64,000 nt of DNA from IMG/VR virus record IMGVR_UViG_3300022868_000014, positions 1 to 64,000 of that record; one strand, written 5' to 3'. Below are positions 63,195 through 64,000 of the stretch, piece by piece; position 1 is the first letter of the stretch, and each line of letters begins with the position of its first letter. Source of the stretch: a virus. The position numbers and the translations under genes were made by a program. The notes under the pieces are model-generated. The model searched no databases, was not told where the DNA came from, and saw only the letters and a list, made by a program, of their open reading frames with translations.

Positions 63195-63269
63195 CGGGTG
63201 TAGCTCAATTGATAGAGCATTACGTTGCCAACGTAAATGTCATCGGTTTGAACCCGGTCTCCCGCACCA
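63194..63269 (+). tRNA. tRNA-Gly(GCC), atypical
   Basis: TTACG-TT-GCC-AA-CGTAA; T loop TTTGAAC; one acceptor mismatch; encoded CCA. Confidence 0.8.
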
Positions 63270-63300
63270 TATGGTTGACGGTAGCAATATGGTATCTTAT

Positions 63301-63378
63301 GGTGGACGTAGCCAAGTGGCCTAAGGCGTGCGGATGTGGCCCGCATTATCGAGAGTTCGAATCTCTCCGTCCACACCA
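63301..63378 (+). tRNA. tRNA-His(GTG) with encoded G-1
   Basis: TGCGG-AT-GTG-GC-CCGCA; encoded CCA. Confidence 0.88.
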
Positions 63379-63441
63379 GTATCCGGAAATTTCCGGATAG
63401 ATTCCGGTTAGAGACAATTTAAGCGACATAGTGTCGCGAAT

Positions 63442-63518
63442 GGGATGTTAGCTCAATTGGTTAGAGTATCTGATTGTCTATCAGAAAGTTGCGGATTCGA
63501 GTTCCGCACATCCCGCCA
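63442..63518 (+). tRNA. tRNA-Asp(GTC)
   Basis: TCTGA-TT-GTC-TA-TCAGA; G73; encoded CCA. Confidence 0.88.
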
Positions 63519-63527
63519 GTAAGATGA

Positions 63528-63603
63528 AGTCGTATAGCTCAGTCGGTAGAGCGCGATCCTGATATGGTCGATGTCCTAGGTTCAAATCCTAGTGCGACTA
63601 CCA
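63528..63603 (+). tRNA. tRNA-Ile(GAT)
   Basis: CGATC-CT-GAT-AT-GGTCG; encoded CCA. Confidence 0.88.
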
Positions 63604-63611
63604 GTAAGTAA

Positions 63612-63687
63612 TCGGAAGTAGTTCAGTTGGAAGAACAGTGTCCTGTTAAGGCACATGTCCCTGGTTCGAGCCCAGGCTTCCGAGCCA
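63612..63687 (+). tRNA. tRNA-Asn(GTT)
   Basis: GTGTC-CT-GTT-AA-GGCAC; U1-A72; G73; encoded CCA. Confidence 0.9.
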
Positions 63688-63689
63688 AT

Positions 63690-63763
63690 AGGCCTATCGT
63701 CCAATGGCAGGACAGCGGTTTTTGATACCGCTAATCTAGGTTCGAATCCTAGTGGGCCTACCA
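63690..63763 (+). tRNA. tRNA-Gln(TTG)
   Basis: GCGGT-TT-TTG-AT-ACCGC; encoded CCA. Confidence 0.88.
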
Positions 63764-63782
63764 ATAACAACAGGAGAACAAT

Positions 63783-64000
63783 ATGAGTAGTAGAGCAGCA
63801 CACAACAGAGAATGTATGGAGAAGCTGGGCGAGGACTTTGACCATGTCAACGCCTGGATCGATGGATGCGCAGCAGTAAAGAACTTGGAGGGTGTATCAT
63901 GCCTGGACATAAATCACAGGATACACAGGCACCACAAGGAAGGCGTGGAGTACATACGGCAGGAACACGGTGACCGTGCAGCGGAAGCCGCCGAACTCCA
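63783..64000 (+). CDS. Hypothetical His-rich protein, truncated by the window end
   Basis: AGGAG SD; V.AWID...HRIHRHH.EG. Confidence 0.6.
   Translation, partial: MSSRAAHNRECMEKLGEDFDHVNAWIDGCAAVKNLEGVSCLDINHRIHRHHKEGVEYIRQEHGDRAAEAAEL

Noticed and set aside
60608-63763. Archaeal host suggested by Pth2 and some tRNA identity bases
   Set aside because: Sigma70-type TTGACA promoters, bacterial-like RNAP motifs, intrinsic terminators and U1-A72 tRNA-Asn point to a bacterial host; the host cannot be determined from this window
63191-63845. ORF-track entries overlapping the tRNA cluster
   Set aside because: They coincide with clear tRNA cloverleafs

Overview
This 64-kb window reads as part of a large tailed dsDNA bacteriophage genome: standard genetic code, strong AAGGAG Shine-Dalgarno sites, mostly + strand genes. 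Layout: (1) 0.1-15 kb is an early/accessory region. It is dominated by an ~8-kb tandem array of 26 intact small, mostly Cys-rich, otherwise divergent ORFs plus one broken unit. Each ORF ends in the peptide D-P-L-Y-x-D-L-L-K-V-K-E-L-x-D, and the 46-nt DNA encoding it also supplies the SD and start codon of the next gene. A Pth2 peptidyl-tRNA hydrolase block interrupts one unit. (2) 15-59.7 kb is a probable virion/morphogenesis region. It holds many proteins with GYxxGYxxKxA leaders, KxA motifs and glycine zippers, a probable portal, and a two-gene multisubunit-type RNA polymerase (beta fused to the catalytic N-half of beta', plus a separate beta' C-half) carrying three LAGLIDADG inteins. It also holds an intein-containing prohead protease, scaffold-like and decoration proteins and the probable major capsid protein. 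A minus-strand island (DUF4406-like, double HNH) and a dNMP kinase interrupt this region. (3) 59.8-64 kb has an HNH nuclease, 8 tRNAs, a papain-like peptidase and two small ORFs built from pieces of the major capsid sequence. Best novelty candidates: the tagged cassette array, the capsid-fragment mini-proteins, the RNAP architecture with a possible hairpin promoter, and the putative head-targeting leader. All family calls come from reading motifs by eye; no database search was run.
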